A DNA stretch of 64,000 bases from Peribolospora baueri (GCA_029717555.1 JAMDHS010000010.1:62001-126000); one strand, 5' to 3'. Positions 28,024 through 44,100 are shown, counted from the first letter of the stretch. The notes: generated by a model from the letters alone, not told the origin. Translations and numbers: made by a program.

Positions 28024-28778
28024 GCGGGGTAGAGCGCAGCCGCCGGACGGGACGCGCCGGTCCTCTTCTATCGTGTTCGTCCTTCTGCTGGGGGATGCCT
28101 TGTTTGTTCCGCGAAATAAATTCCGTAACGGTTATACAAATACGTGCTTCCGAGAACAGAGATAAAGTTGGTTTTTTCTAAACCGGTCTCGACTCTTCCC
28201 TTCGTGACGGTTGCGATGCGATGCGATGCGATGCGACGGGCGACGGGCGACGGGCGACGGGCGTGGGAGAGACGATGAATGCCGGAAAGGAACGGACGAG
28301 GACGCAACCTCAACGGACGCACTCCTCCTCACCGGACTTGTATGTTCTCCTGTCCCTTGACGGAGGGGGGGCACACTCTTCCTCGTCTCGTCTTGTGCAG
28401 GTGCCAAGGAAAAGATCGTGAACCTGGAGGCGGCTCCTCAGAAAAGCGTTCGAAATGGAATGTCGAGACGAAGGCGACGGACAACGTCACGACCGCGTCC
28501 TAGCAGGGCAGTATGTACATATTAGCGTTGGAAGCTCGCCTCGGCAACCGCCCCGCTATTCAGCTCACACATACACCCACCTCTTTCTCTCCCCGACTCT
28601 TCCGTCGCCCGAAAATTGATCTTGCAGGCGACCGGTTATCTGATCCCGCACGTGGACTCGCCGCAGCGAGCGCGGCTGGAGTGGAGAACAGGACGAACGT
28701 CTTTCGACGCGACGGATTCGATTTCTTGTCTTTCACCCCCCCATCTCTCTCCCTCTCTCCGTTTCCATGCCGTCCGAC

Positions 28779-33662
<4,884 letters not shown>

Positions 33663-33958
33663 GTTGAGCTACCCGAGCCGGGTAGATTTGCGGGGCCACT
33701 ATTTACGACTCGCGAAGGAAGCGGGGCTCTGTAGACCGTAGTGTATGGTTCTTCCCGTCTTGTCGAGGCTAGTTCTCATCGTTAGTCCTTAAAATGTTGG
33801 TATCGCCAATGTATCGCCGCTGGTTAGAAGGAGAGAGAGACAAGGAGAAAGGGAAGGGGAGGGGTGCGATCGCCCACCTCCGACATATGGTAATATTTTT
33901 TCGACCAAGCCTCTGAAAGCCGGCAGTTCGCTGGCTCTATTTCATTCCTGTCCTGTCC

Positions 33959-34438
33959 CTATACGTACACACCGACAGAGTTGAAAGTGGTAACGACGCC
34001 GACACCAGTTAGAGCACTCGCTATAAGTGCCACAGTCGTCTCTTGGATCGCGAGGGTGTGTTTCGGAAGGCTGGGAGATGAAGAGAAGGGAAGAGAGAGG
34101 GTTAGAAGGTCAGAATGTGTAAGTGTGCGCGAGCCTAAAAGAGAAGTATGAGAGGCGACTCGGGCTCACGTAGTGAAGTAGAAAGCCAGAAGGAACGCGG
34201 CGAGCAAGCTGACCAGGGCAATGTACGGTTGAGAAGAGGGATGGAGGGGAGGAGAGAAGGGAGGCAAGCGCGAGTAGAGCGCCTGTCTCGTCGAGAAGTG
34301 GGGGGAGGGAACGATAGGCAGCGTCAGCGCTCACCCACCCCGTCGTCGCCGATCGAGAATGCGTGCGGACAGCCGGACGAGAGGAAGGACGAAAGTGGAG
34401 GGACGCACCGCGACCTGTTCGTACGAGGCGGACGACAT
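33959..34438 (-). CDS. OST5: Oligosaccharyltransferase subunit OST5/TMEM258 (84 aa)
   Basis: Exons 34438-34409, 34282-34170, 34070-33959 with canonical splice sites give MSSASYEQVAALYSRLPPFSPPLHPSSQPYIALVSLLAAFLLAFYFTTLPKHTLAIQETTVALIASALTGVGVVTTFNSVGVYV*; two TM helices and the family-typical GVYV end. Absent from the ORF track. Confidence 0.88.
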
Positions 34439-35006
34439 TGACGTTGAGGTTGATCCCCCGACCTTGTCCTTCGCTTCGAGCAAGGTGTGGTTGGTGGAGA
34501 CGACGCTGGCGACGTTCTCGCAGCTCACCGACGATCGTGCGCTGGCCCTGCGCCGCAGCACGCGTGGAGGAGGAACCGACCTGGTGCTGGGTGGGTCTTA
34601 TGTTACGTTTATATGGCCGAACGCATCGTCCGCGATCTCTTACGAGCGGAGGACGAGAGGCAAGGGGCGAGGAAGAATGACGGCCGCCTTCTGAGCTGGA
34701 AGAAAAGCCAACAGAGGTCGATTCGCCGCCGACGACCTCAGATCCATCCCATCTACGCTTGCCACTTTCGGCTCATGATAGCCGGCAGCCGGAAGCTCTT
34801 CTTGCAACCCCGCATTTGTGCCCTGGGATCGCTGGACGAGCCTCCTTCCTCGCCGACATCCACAGACATAAGGCCTATCTGTCCGTGCGCTCACGAGAGA
34901 AAAGACATCTAAGTCAAGCTTGACGTGGAGGCCACCATCTCGTCCTCCTTCCCATCTGGCAAGAGCGGCTAGCCCTAACTCGACAACCAGCCAGCCGGCA
35001 GTCACC

Positions 35007-36187
35007 ATGCCCACCATGCCCAGCAAAACGTTCACCCCGACGAGCAGGCCGGTGGCCCTTTCGTTAGACCCCGCCTCCAACGGTCAAGTGGCCATCATTC
35101 GGCTCAACATGCCCGAGCGCCTCAATGCCCTCGGTTTTGATGGCTACGTCAAGCTGGCGCAGTGCTTCGACGAGGTCGCCCAGATGGAGAGCGTCATCGT
35201 CACCGTGTTGACCGGGACAGGGAGATATTTCAGCGCGTGGGTCGCCTGAGCTCGGCGTCCTGTGGCATGCCGTTTGTCAATGACACTGACACTCATGACG
35301 GCGTGTCGTTTTCCTCTCGTCTGTTTTCTCGTTCCTAGAGGCGCAGACTACAATGATGTCTCCCGGCCCCCGCCCGACACGTCCGACGTGGCAGAGGCCA
35401 AGAAGCATTGGACGAGCCGATTTGCGAACGGTAATATGACCCTCACCAAGGCCATTCAGAGCCATCCTAAGCTGATCGTAGGAGCCATGAATGGGCCGGC
35501 TGTCGGTGGGTTCAGCTCAAGTGTGAATTCGTGAGGCCGGAGGCCGCTTTGGACAGAGGCTGAGAATGCCGAACCGCTCGCCATCTACGATTCACTGCCC
35601 CTTTGCAGGTCTTTCCGCCGCCCTCCTCGGCCTGGTCGACTTCCTCTACGTACTCCCGCACTTCTTCCTCTTCACTCCCTTCATGACCCTTGGCCTCGTC
35701 GCCGAGGGAGGAAGCTCTGTTTCGTTCGTGAGGAGAATGGGCGTGAGCAAGGCTAAAGAGGCGCTTTTAGAGGGTAGGAAGATGGACGCAGAGGAGCTGG
35801 AGAGATGCGGCTTCGTCAAGTGAGTGTGAGCTTGGACGACGCGAGAACGATGTCTCGGTGTCCGTGTCTCCAACTCATCCATCCCTCTTGCACGGCTCGG
35901 CTTCCCTTGTCGGGCGATGACACAGTCGCATCTACCCCTCCTCCCCGACCAACGACATTCTCACCCCTGTTCTCGCCCACGTCCGCGCCACCTTTCTCCC
36001 CCCACAAGCCAACGCCGTCTCCCTCCTGACCACCAAACGCCTCATCGATCAAGCACTTGACGAAAGCCGGACGGCCGACGAAGCCAATTTCGTCGAGGTG
36101 ACCACCGCCGTGCAGAGGGCCTTGAGCGGCGACCTGACGAGGGAGTTTGAGGCGCTGAGGGCAGGGAGGAAGAAGCACAAGCTTTAG
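35007..36187 (+). CDS. ECI1: Peroxisomal delta3,delta2-enoyl-CoA isomerase (crotonase fold)
   Basis: IIRLNMPERLNAL, VLTGTGRYFSA|GAD, AMNGPAVG|LSAALL…TPFMTLGLVAEGGSS; ends RKKHKL* (PTS1-like), TAG at 36185-36187. Confidence 0.85.
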
Positions 36188-36483
36188 TGGGCCGTCGTCG
36201 ATGGCGGTCACAAGGCTACATGTGTAGTTCGCGGTACCGTCTCGTCTCGTCTGGGCGCGGCCAGGCATGCAGCGCGTCTCGACGACGTCAACCTGTCCGC
36301 TCGAATTCATTATCGCTCTCCTTCCCTTCACTCGGGCTCCTTGCTTTCGTCTGTATCGCCTATTCATGATTTCGTTGAGCGTGGGTGGACGGACGGACGA
36401 AGACGGACAGAGCGAACGGCGTACGGGATTGGGGGACAGAAGCGTTGGGAAACGGAAGCGTCGGCGGACGGAGATGGAGGAAG

Positions 36484-37530
36484 TCGAGACATCGTCTGGT
36501 CTTTTTGCAATGTCCGACCACCTTGGATCGAGAATTCTCCGAATTCGGTCACGTTCACTTGTCATCTTCACCTTGGATCGCGAGCTTAGCTCTCCGAATA
36601 CGCTCACGCTCGCAAACGTCGAAACGTTGTCTTGTCTTTTCCGTCTTCACCCCGAGGGGGGACATGGTCTCACTCACACTTAACAAACGTTCTTGTCATG
36701 GATGAAGAGCGGTCCAGTCCCAGGGAGAAAGTATAAGAAGGGCTCTGTTTCCCCACCTGGTCTCCCTCCATCATCAATCCAATCCTATCCTATCGTATCC
36801 GCTCCACTTCACTTCACAGGCCTTCTCCTCTTCACAATCCTTTTCCCCCTTGCTTTTCTCTAACTATTACTGGAAACTCTTCTCCTCTATTCTGCTTTGC
36901 CCATACCCCTCACCCCATGCCATCCAACACCTTGTGCCTGCTCCGACCCCGACGTCTGAGTCTTCAACATCTTCAGACTCTTGGACGGTCAATACCAGTG
37001 GGTAAGGCGACAAAGAGATATCCAGCTTAATCGTGGCCCATCTTATCAAGTAAGTGTCTTGGGGAGGTCGGGCCTTCTACTCTTGAGAGGGGAAGGAAGA
37101 TATAACATGTCTTATGGTCCATATTCTTCCAGAAAGTCATTGTTCTTGCACAGAGCTCGACCACTACCGCTTCAACCCGATCGCCTGTTCTCACACAGAA
37201 CTCGACCTGGGCCGCCCTCACGCACCGCTACCACTTCCGCCAGTCACACACACCTTGGACCTGGGCCGCCATCACGCACCACCACCGCTTCAGCCTGCTT
37301 GCCGCCGTCGCTCCCGATATCGTTCCCGCACACAAGGTCTTCTTACCACCAATGCGTTGCCCTGAACACCTTCATTCCCCACTCTGCGGCACATCTTGGG
37401 CTCTCACGCCTTCCCTCCCGCGCCGCCCGCCGAACGATCTCGGTCGCAAAACCCACCTGTGGGACAAAACAGCGGCAAAGGCGGCACTACCGGGCGGCTT
37501 AGGTGTAAAGAAGCGACGGCGGAGCGACAT
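36484..37530 (+). repeat. ~1 kb diverged direct repeat, copy 1
   Basis: Colinear similarity to 38945-40010: CCTTGGATCG motif array, ACGTCGAAACGTTGTCTT, TCTTCACCCCGAGG-GGGACATGGTCTCA, GTATAAGAAGGG, GTAAGTG, ACCACCAATGCGTTGCCCTGAACA. Confidence 0.85.
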
Positions 37531-37902
37531 CAGTGTACATACTGTCTGGGACGGAATCGGAAAGTTTGTCCACGTCCCGGACTTGAGTGAGTGAAGAACT
37601 GTGTGAAATTGTGTGAACGACAATGTCCTCGACGATGAAAGGCGAGTTTGCGGCACACCGCGGGGCTCAGAAAATGAGCAATTCGCCTTTCGTTGTCTGG
37701 ACATCTCCCTCCATACCCGCCCCTTCCCTCCCCCTTCTTCCCCTCAAGGAGAAGGGAAGCAGGCTTCCCCCAGAGGAAACCAAGGACGGCAAAAGGAATC
37801 CTCTCCCCAAGAGACTGAAATGGAGCCCGAACCCTCTGACGCCCCAAGTGACACATCTCCTTGGACGCGGACTATTCCCCCCCGCCTCTTGCACGCAGAA
37901 TC

Positions 37903-38024
37903 TTCCCCTCTATAAGTAGACCATTCCCTCTATAAGTAGACATTCCCTTTATAAGTAGAAGTGACGCAGGCCATTCCCCTCTTAAGTAGACCAATTCTCT
38001 CTTAAGTAGACCATTCCTCTCTTA
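37903..38024. repeat. ~20-bp tandem repeat (TAAGTAGACCATTCCCTCT-like)
   Basis: TAAGTAGA cores at 37913, 37933, 37952, 37983 and 38003. Confidence 0.9.
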
Positions 38025-38785
38025 CTGTAGGCCGTAAGTGGCACTGAATGTGATTTATATAGTCTAGCTTTCCATCTCTGCAGCGCATGCTTCTCTGTAG
38101 TGTAAATCCCAATAGTACTCGTCAATGGGCACTTTATCGTCGAAGCTAGATTCGAGGAAGAGGTGCTCTTCAAAAGAGAGAGGGACATGGCCTCGGTACA
38201 TGCATGAGTCGCTGGAGCTGATGAGTCTGCTGTGCGAGGATGGGAGGTGGGGAAGGTGACGCGGCCGATCGCGTGCAGCAGCGGCACAGTCAGTCGCTCT
38301 GGGACGCCGGCTCCACCAACGTCCCTTCGAATCTCTTTGCCCGGTTTGGACTAACCTGGGGTGTGTTTTTGTTCGTCCAGGAAAGCCCCTGGCCAATCTG
38401 TATCGAGACGCTTAAGACTTTGTTGCGGAAAGGGGTCGATCCGCTGGCCCGTCAGTCCGCCAGCATCGACGGAGGCAGCCAGCATGCAACTTGATTTCAG
38501 CGTTGGGAGACGGAAAGAAAGGAACGAGCAAGTTGAAGAAAGCCGGGTGCTGTTGTGCAAGGCTTCGCTCACGCTCATTAACGGCGAGACAAGACGCTTC
38601 TTTGCAATCTTTTACCTTGGATCGAGGAAATCTCCGAATTCGGTCATGCTCACTAACGTCGAGACGTTGTCTTCTTGTTGCAGTCCTCACTCTAAAGTGC
38701 TGGGATGGACCCCTGGATCGACAATTTTATGGATTCTCTCACGCTCACTGACGTTGTCTTGTCATCCTCCATGCTGGGGTGGTTA

Positions 38786-38944
38786 TCCACTTGATAGAAG
38801 TAAGATAGTATTTAATAATGGAATTTCGAATGGATTTAATACTTCGATTCCCTGAGGAGGCCAATGAGCTCCTAATTCTACTGCTGGTGCTAAACTTGAA
38901 TGGAAATAAGCCCAGAATATTGATAGGAAGAAGAATACTTCATT
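38786..38944 (-). pseudogene. cox3: NUMT: fragment of mitochondrial cytochrome c oxidase subunit 3
   Basis: AT-rich patch; 38941-38786 translates without stops to [52 protein letters not shown], matching the Cox3 motifs FWA.FHSSLAP, WPP.GI and PLLNT.LLLSSG; codon usage is A/T-ending. Confidence 0.95.
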
Positions 38945-40010
38945 TGGTTAGAGAATTCTCCGAATTCGGTCATGCTCTCCTGCATCTTCACCTTGGATCG
39001 CCATCTCTCCGGTTTCGCTCACGCTCGCTTGCAATTTTCATCTTGGATCGAGACCTTTCCGGATTCGCCCACGCTCGCAACGTCGAAACGTTGTCTTCTC
39101 TTTTCCATCTTCACCCCGAGGTGGGACATGGTCTCATTCACACTCAATAAACATTCTTCTCATAGCCGAAGAGTGGTCCAGTTCCAAGATAAAAGGTATA
39201 AGAAGGGCCCCGTTCCCCGCCTGTTCTCCCTCCATTTTCACTCCACTCCATTCCACTCTACAAGCCTTCTCCTCACCCTACTCAATAACCATCAACGGCA
39301 AGCCTTCTCCCCTCTCGTCCGGCTGCCATAACCCTCATTTCATGCCCATCACACTGTGCCTGCTCCCACCCCAACGCCTATATTGTTGGCAACTTTACTA
39401 TCGCGGCGCTGCCGATGGTAGTCTGTCGTGGTTACACGCCCGTCGCACAAAATGTAAGTGCCTTGAGGGAGTCAGGCCTTCCAATCTTGGGAGCGAAGAC
39501 TTAGTGTCAGACTTACGTGTCTTCCTGGTCCACACTATTCCAGAAACATCGATGTTCTTACACAGAACTCGATCTGGGCCGCGCACCACTATACTATCGC
39601 TTCAGCCCGCCTGTTCTCTCACGCTCGCGCATCACTACCGCTTCAACCCTGTCGCCCGGAAAACTCGAACTGGGCGGCTCTCGCGCATCAATACTATCAC
39701 TTCAGCCACATCGCCTGCTCCCACACAGACCATTTGGGCCGCCCATGCGCACCACTATCACAGCTGCCAGTTCGCCGTCGTCGCCCCGATATCGCTTCCG
39801 CACACGTGCCCACATCCTCGCCATGCTCGAGGCCCTCCTACCACCAATGCGTTGCCCTGAACATCTTCAATCTTGGACTATCACACCTTCCGCCGGCCCA
39901 CGACTTTGGCCGCATTAACCAGTCTTAGGATTAGCGGCACCGGCGGCACTTGCGGGCGGTCCAAACAAACAAGGTGCACACAAAGCGATGGCGAAGCGAA
40001 GCGACAATGG
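38945..40010 (+). repeat. ~1 kb diverged direct repeat, copy 2
   Basis: Colinear with 36484-37530; further partial copies of its 5' array lie at 38565-38760, left of the NUMT. Confidence 0.85.
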
Positions 40011-40020
40011 TCTGCCTCGT

Positions 40021-40530
40021 GTTTCCCCCAACGGATCGCAACAGGTACCAACTGGTGCCCCTGCGCTCTGGAGGTCCCATTGGAGCTCAGCCCCCTTGTG
40101 GGGAATGGGCGCCCTTGGGTTCCGTCTGGAATGAGGACACGAGGGATGACGACCACCCCTATAGATAGACACAAGCTCTCCCTCACCCTTGCGATGATCC
40201 GACCTAGTGTTTCCCCCAGCAGGTCGCAACGGCACCCTTTGGTGTCCCTGCGCCCTGGAGGTCCCATTGGAGCTCAGCCCTCTAGTAGGGAATGAGCGCC
40301 TCTGGGTTCCGTCTGGAATGAGGACACTAGGGATGACGGTCGTCGCTCCCTCCAAACCCCTCCCCCAAGCAGAAGTGCTCTAAGTAGACGTAACACAGAC
40401 TCCCCCCTCCCTCCTCAGTGCCCTGCCGACGGGTTGCAGATGGGTGCCATCTGGCATCGCTGCACCCCGAGGTCCCATTGGAGTCCAGCCCCATGCAGGG
40501 AATGCTCGCCTTTGGGTTCCGTTCGGCTCA
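40021..40530. repeat. ~188-bp period degenerate tandem repeat (about 2.5-3 copies)
   Basis: GTTTCCCCCA at 40021 and 40209; GAGGTCCCATTGGAG…GGGAATG…GGGTTCCGT cores near 40071, 40258 and 40469. Confidence 0.9.
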
Positions 40531-41153
40531 TGGGGCGCTCCCGTCATCATCTCTCTTTGCATCTTAGTTACCACCTTCTCTGTGGTATAAATCCCATTAA
40601 AACGGACTCGTCAATGAGCACTGCTACTTTGGATGACCTTTTATTGTCTCAAGCATCTGCCTTTTCTCTGCGCGAATTTTTCTCTCACCCGTTCTCTTCC
40701 TTCCTTCTATCGCCTCTTCGTCTCGGGCACATATCCTCTTCTTCGTGCGGCCCTTCTCTTCTTGTTCGCATTCAGTCATCTCTCATTTTCCTCTGTATGA
40801 CCCGTAGGCCCCTGGTCCGCTTCCCCAGGGCCGCCCAGACTGGATCTGGCACGCTATCAGCCAGTGCGGCACGGTACCTCCCCTACGCGTACATCTTCAT
40901 CTCCACCGCTGCAGGCCCCTCGTCCTGTCCTCCGGGAGGGCAATATAGAAGAAGAAGGATATGAAGTAGTTGGACACGTCCATTCGCATTCTGCGGTTCC
41001 CATGTTTTCGGTATGTCTGACCCAATGATGTAACTAGGAAGCTGCGGCACATGCTACGGTAGAGGCTGCGGTACGGACGGCGGGAACGCAACACATCATA
41101 CCCTATGTCATCTTCTTGTATCACACCCCACACCTTCATCCTCTCCCATACAA

Positions 41154-44100
41154 ATGTCCGATCCCTACGAAAATCAGCGTCTACAGGACGCCGACTCGGC
41201 ATTGCATATGTCTCGAGCGCGTGATGAACCGTCCGCCTCGCCGCACTCGCCTCGATCACCTCACTCAACTGGGCGACGGCAGTCTCATGACGGTGACGGC
41301 GACCAGGACCGCTTCCCCTCTCCTGGACGCCATGCTTCGCCCCCGGAGCCATCCCAATTTTCATCATATCACGATGAAAGACAGACAGCAGCTCGAGCGG
41401 CGGCCGCGAGATTTTACCATGGCGATGGCAACTTGTCTAGCACGAGTCTCGATTCGCAACATGCGTTTGTAGACCATCGACGGCAGCCTCACTCTATTGC
41501 TCGCAGCCCCGATCGATCCTTCTCAGGTGCACCCTCTACCGAACGCCGAAGATCTCAGCAACATCCTGGGCCGAACTCGTCAGAATGGCCCGCGGAATCT
41601 ACAGATGCTGTAAAATCTCCGACCTCACCTCGTACGAAGCGAGGGTCGACATTGAGAAGGGAGCAATACTTGGACGATGATTTCGGCGAGGAGGAGGGGC
41701 GAGGGGACGAGACGGAGATTCATGGGGAAGATCCCGAGCCTTCCATTGCAACACTATCGAGGAGACCGAGCGCAGCAGAGGAAGATGTGTGCTTCCCAAT
41801 GCAGCAGGCCACCGACGCGGACGCGAGGATGCATATGGGAATGGAGTCTGAGGCCTACGCTCCAGATGCGGCAGAACTTTTGGATGGCTCTACGCATTTG
41901 CCGCCGGGCTATCCTTACAACTTTGACCTGAAGGCCTTGGATGACTTTGCAAGCCGGGAGAGGGAAAAGCTCGGCATCGGCATTCAGTTCGCACCGGGAT
42001 CAGCGGGAATGAGGCAGAGGCCTTCTCTAGCAGGTGCAAAACAGCCTGGCACGTATGGTTCACCGGAAGAGAACGGATCTCAGTTGTACGTCAGGCGATC
42101 CAAGGCGGGGAGTCGGTATCAGCGCAAGTTGGCCCTTTTCGAGGGCGCAGGCGCGCCACCGCCGCCCGTCGGCGGAGCTGGAGGGCAACCTCCACCTAGC
42201 GGTCCATCGAAGGCTTCGCCAGACGCGAGCACGCCGTTGATCGACAAACCCCAGGTACACTCAAACTCGTTCGCATACGATCCGGGACACTTGCACAGAC
42301 CGCTGCACACGACCGACCGGCAATACCGCTTCTCGTTCTATTCCAACGCTCTTCCTGCCACCATTCACGCTCGGAGCTTGGCTGAGCTTCCTGCCGAAGG
42401 ACAAAGCTTTGAGGAGCTCTTCATGGGCCGGACGTCGTGGCCCGACGCTGAGAGCGAGACCGGTGACGGTGCTCATGGTCTCAAGGGGCAGTCGGGGGGC
42501 AGTAAAGCGCCTACGCGGCCAGGCACTGGCGCTGCCACCCCCGTTACGGACGCGCACGGCTCGATGACGGGCAATAGCGTGGCACGAGCGGCCGCCATCG
42601 CCGCCGCAAGGATGGGTGCAGCACCACCTAATTCCGTGGGTAGCGGTCTAGTTTCGGGCCGGCCACACGCCAAAGACTGGGCGCCTGAGTCCAACACTTG
42701 GTGGCTCGACGTTCTCAGTCCCACAGACGAGGAAATGAAGCTGCTGAGTCATGTGAGTCGCTATGAAATTTCTTCTATCAGCTACCGCCTGGCGCTGACG
42801 CCGCTCGCGTCCCTCGTTTGGCCGACTTATCTCTCCACACCTTATTCTCGTCCTGTATAGGTCTTTGGGATCCACCCGTTGACGACGGAGGACATTCTCA
42901 TGGAAGAGACACGAGAGAAGATCGAACTATTCCGCAACTATTACCTTGTGTGCTTTCGGTCGTTTGATCAGGATGCCTACAGTCCAACCTATCTCGAGCC
43001 ACTCAACATGTACATCATCGTTTTCCGTGAAGGCACCTTGTCCGTGAGTGGCAGGCGTCCCGATCCAAACGTGGCTCGGGCACGTACGCTGACTCCGTCT
43101 TCTCGCTTTTGCAACAGTTCCACTTCAGGGATACACCTCACCCGCAGAACGTGCGGCGACGTATCAAGCAGCTCAAGGACTATATCAGCGTATCGTCCGA
43201 CTGGATTTCGTACGCCCTGATCGACGACATCACCGACGCTTTTGGGCCGCTCATCCAAAGCATCGAGTACGAGGTCGACAGCATCGATGAGCTTGTGTTG
43301 ATTTTGAAGGAGGCGGAGCAGAGCGATATGCTGCGAAGGTGAGCGTCGCGTCTCGTTTGGCGGCACGCTTGAGCTAATGGGACGTGACTCACACCCATTT
43401 GGGTCGATGGCATGGCATCAGGATCGGCACTTGCCGAAAGAAGGTCATGGGTCTTCTGCGTCTCATGGGCAACAAAGCCGACGTTGTGAAGGGTCTCGCC
43501 AAGCGGTGCAACGAAAACTGGTCCGTGGCGCCGAAGTCGGACATCGGTCTTTACCTTTCTGATATTCAGGTGAGCCCGCGCGCATCTCCTGTTGGAACTT
43601 TGAGTAGGGGCACTATCCCGTTGAACAGATGCTCAAGGAGCCAATATCCTCGTCAACGAACTGCGGTGTAGGACCACCTCATCACCATGACGCAGAACTT
43701 GAACCATTATGAGAAAATTCTCTCTCGCTCGCACTCCAACTACCTGGCCCAAATTTCGATTGAAATGACTGTGAGAGTTCAGTCTGCTTACTGGTGGGAC
43801 ATTGGTGACATGCGTTGATCGTCGTCCATCTCTCTGGCATGCGACTCGAATGACTGATTACAGGACGCCAACAACCAAATCAACGACGTTTTGAGCAAGC
43901 TCACCGCACTTGGTACCGTTCTCGTGCCGATGAACCTAATCACCGGTATTTGGGGCATGAACGTTACTGTACCGGGACAGGACACAGGTTCACTACATTG
44001 GGTGAGACTCCACATAGACCGTACGGCGTCTTTTTCATGTCTGTCTTACCTCAGTCACGCTCTCTCTTTGTCCCTCTCCTACGTCAATCGTTCCGTACGG

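Noticed and set aside
37655..37670. CACACCGCGGGGCTCA resembles the RNase MRP 3' P4 strand
   Set aside because: The required upstream GAAAGUCCCC-type partner motif is absent.
37903..38024. CRISPR-like array
   Set aside because: Eukaryotic context, repeats abut each other, no unique spacers and no cas genes.
39329..39337. TAACCCTCA as a telomerase RNA template
   Set aside because: Imperfect match to a TTAGGG template and not conserved in the paralogous copy.
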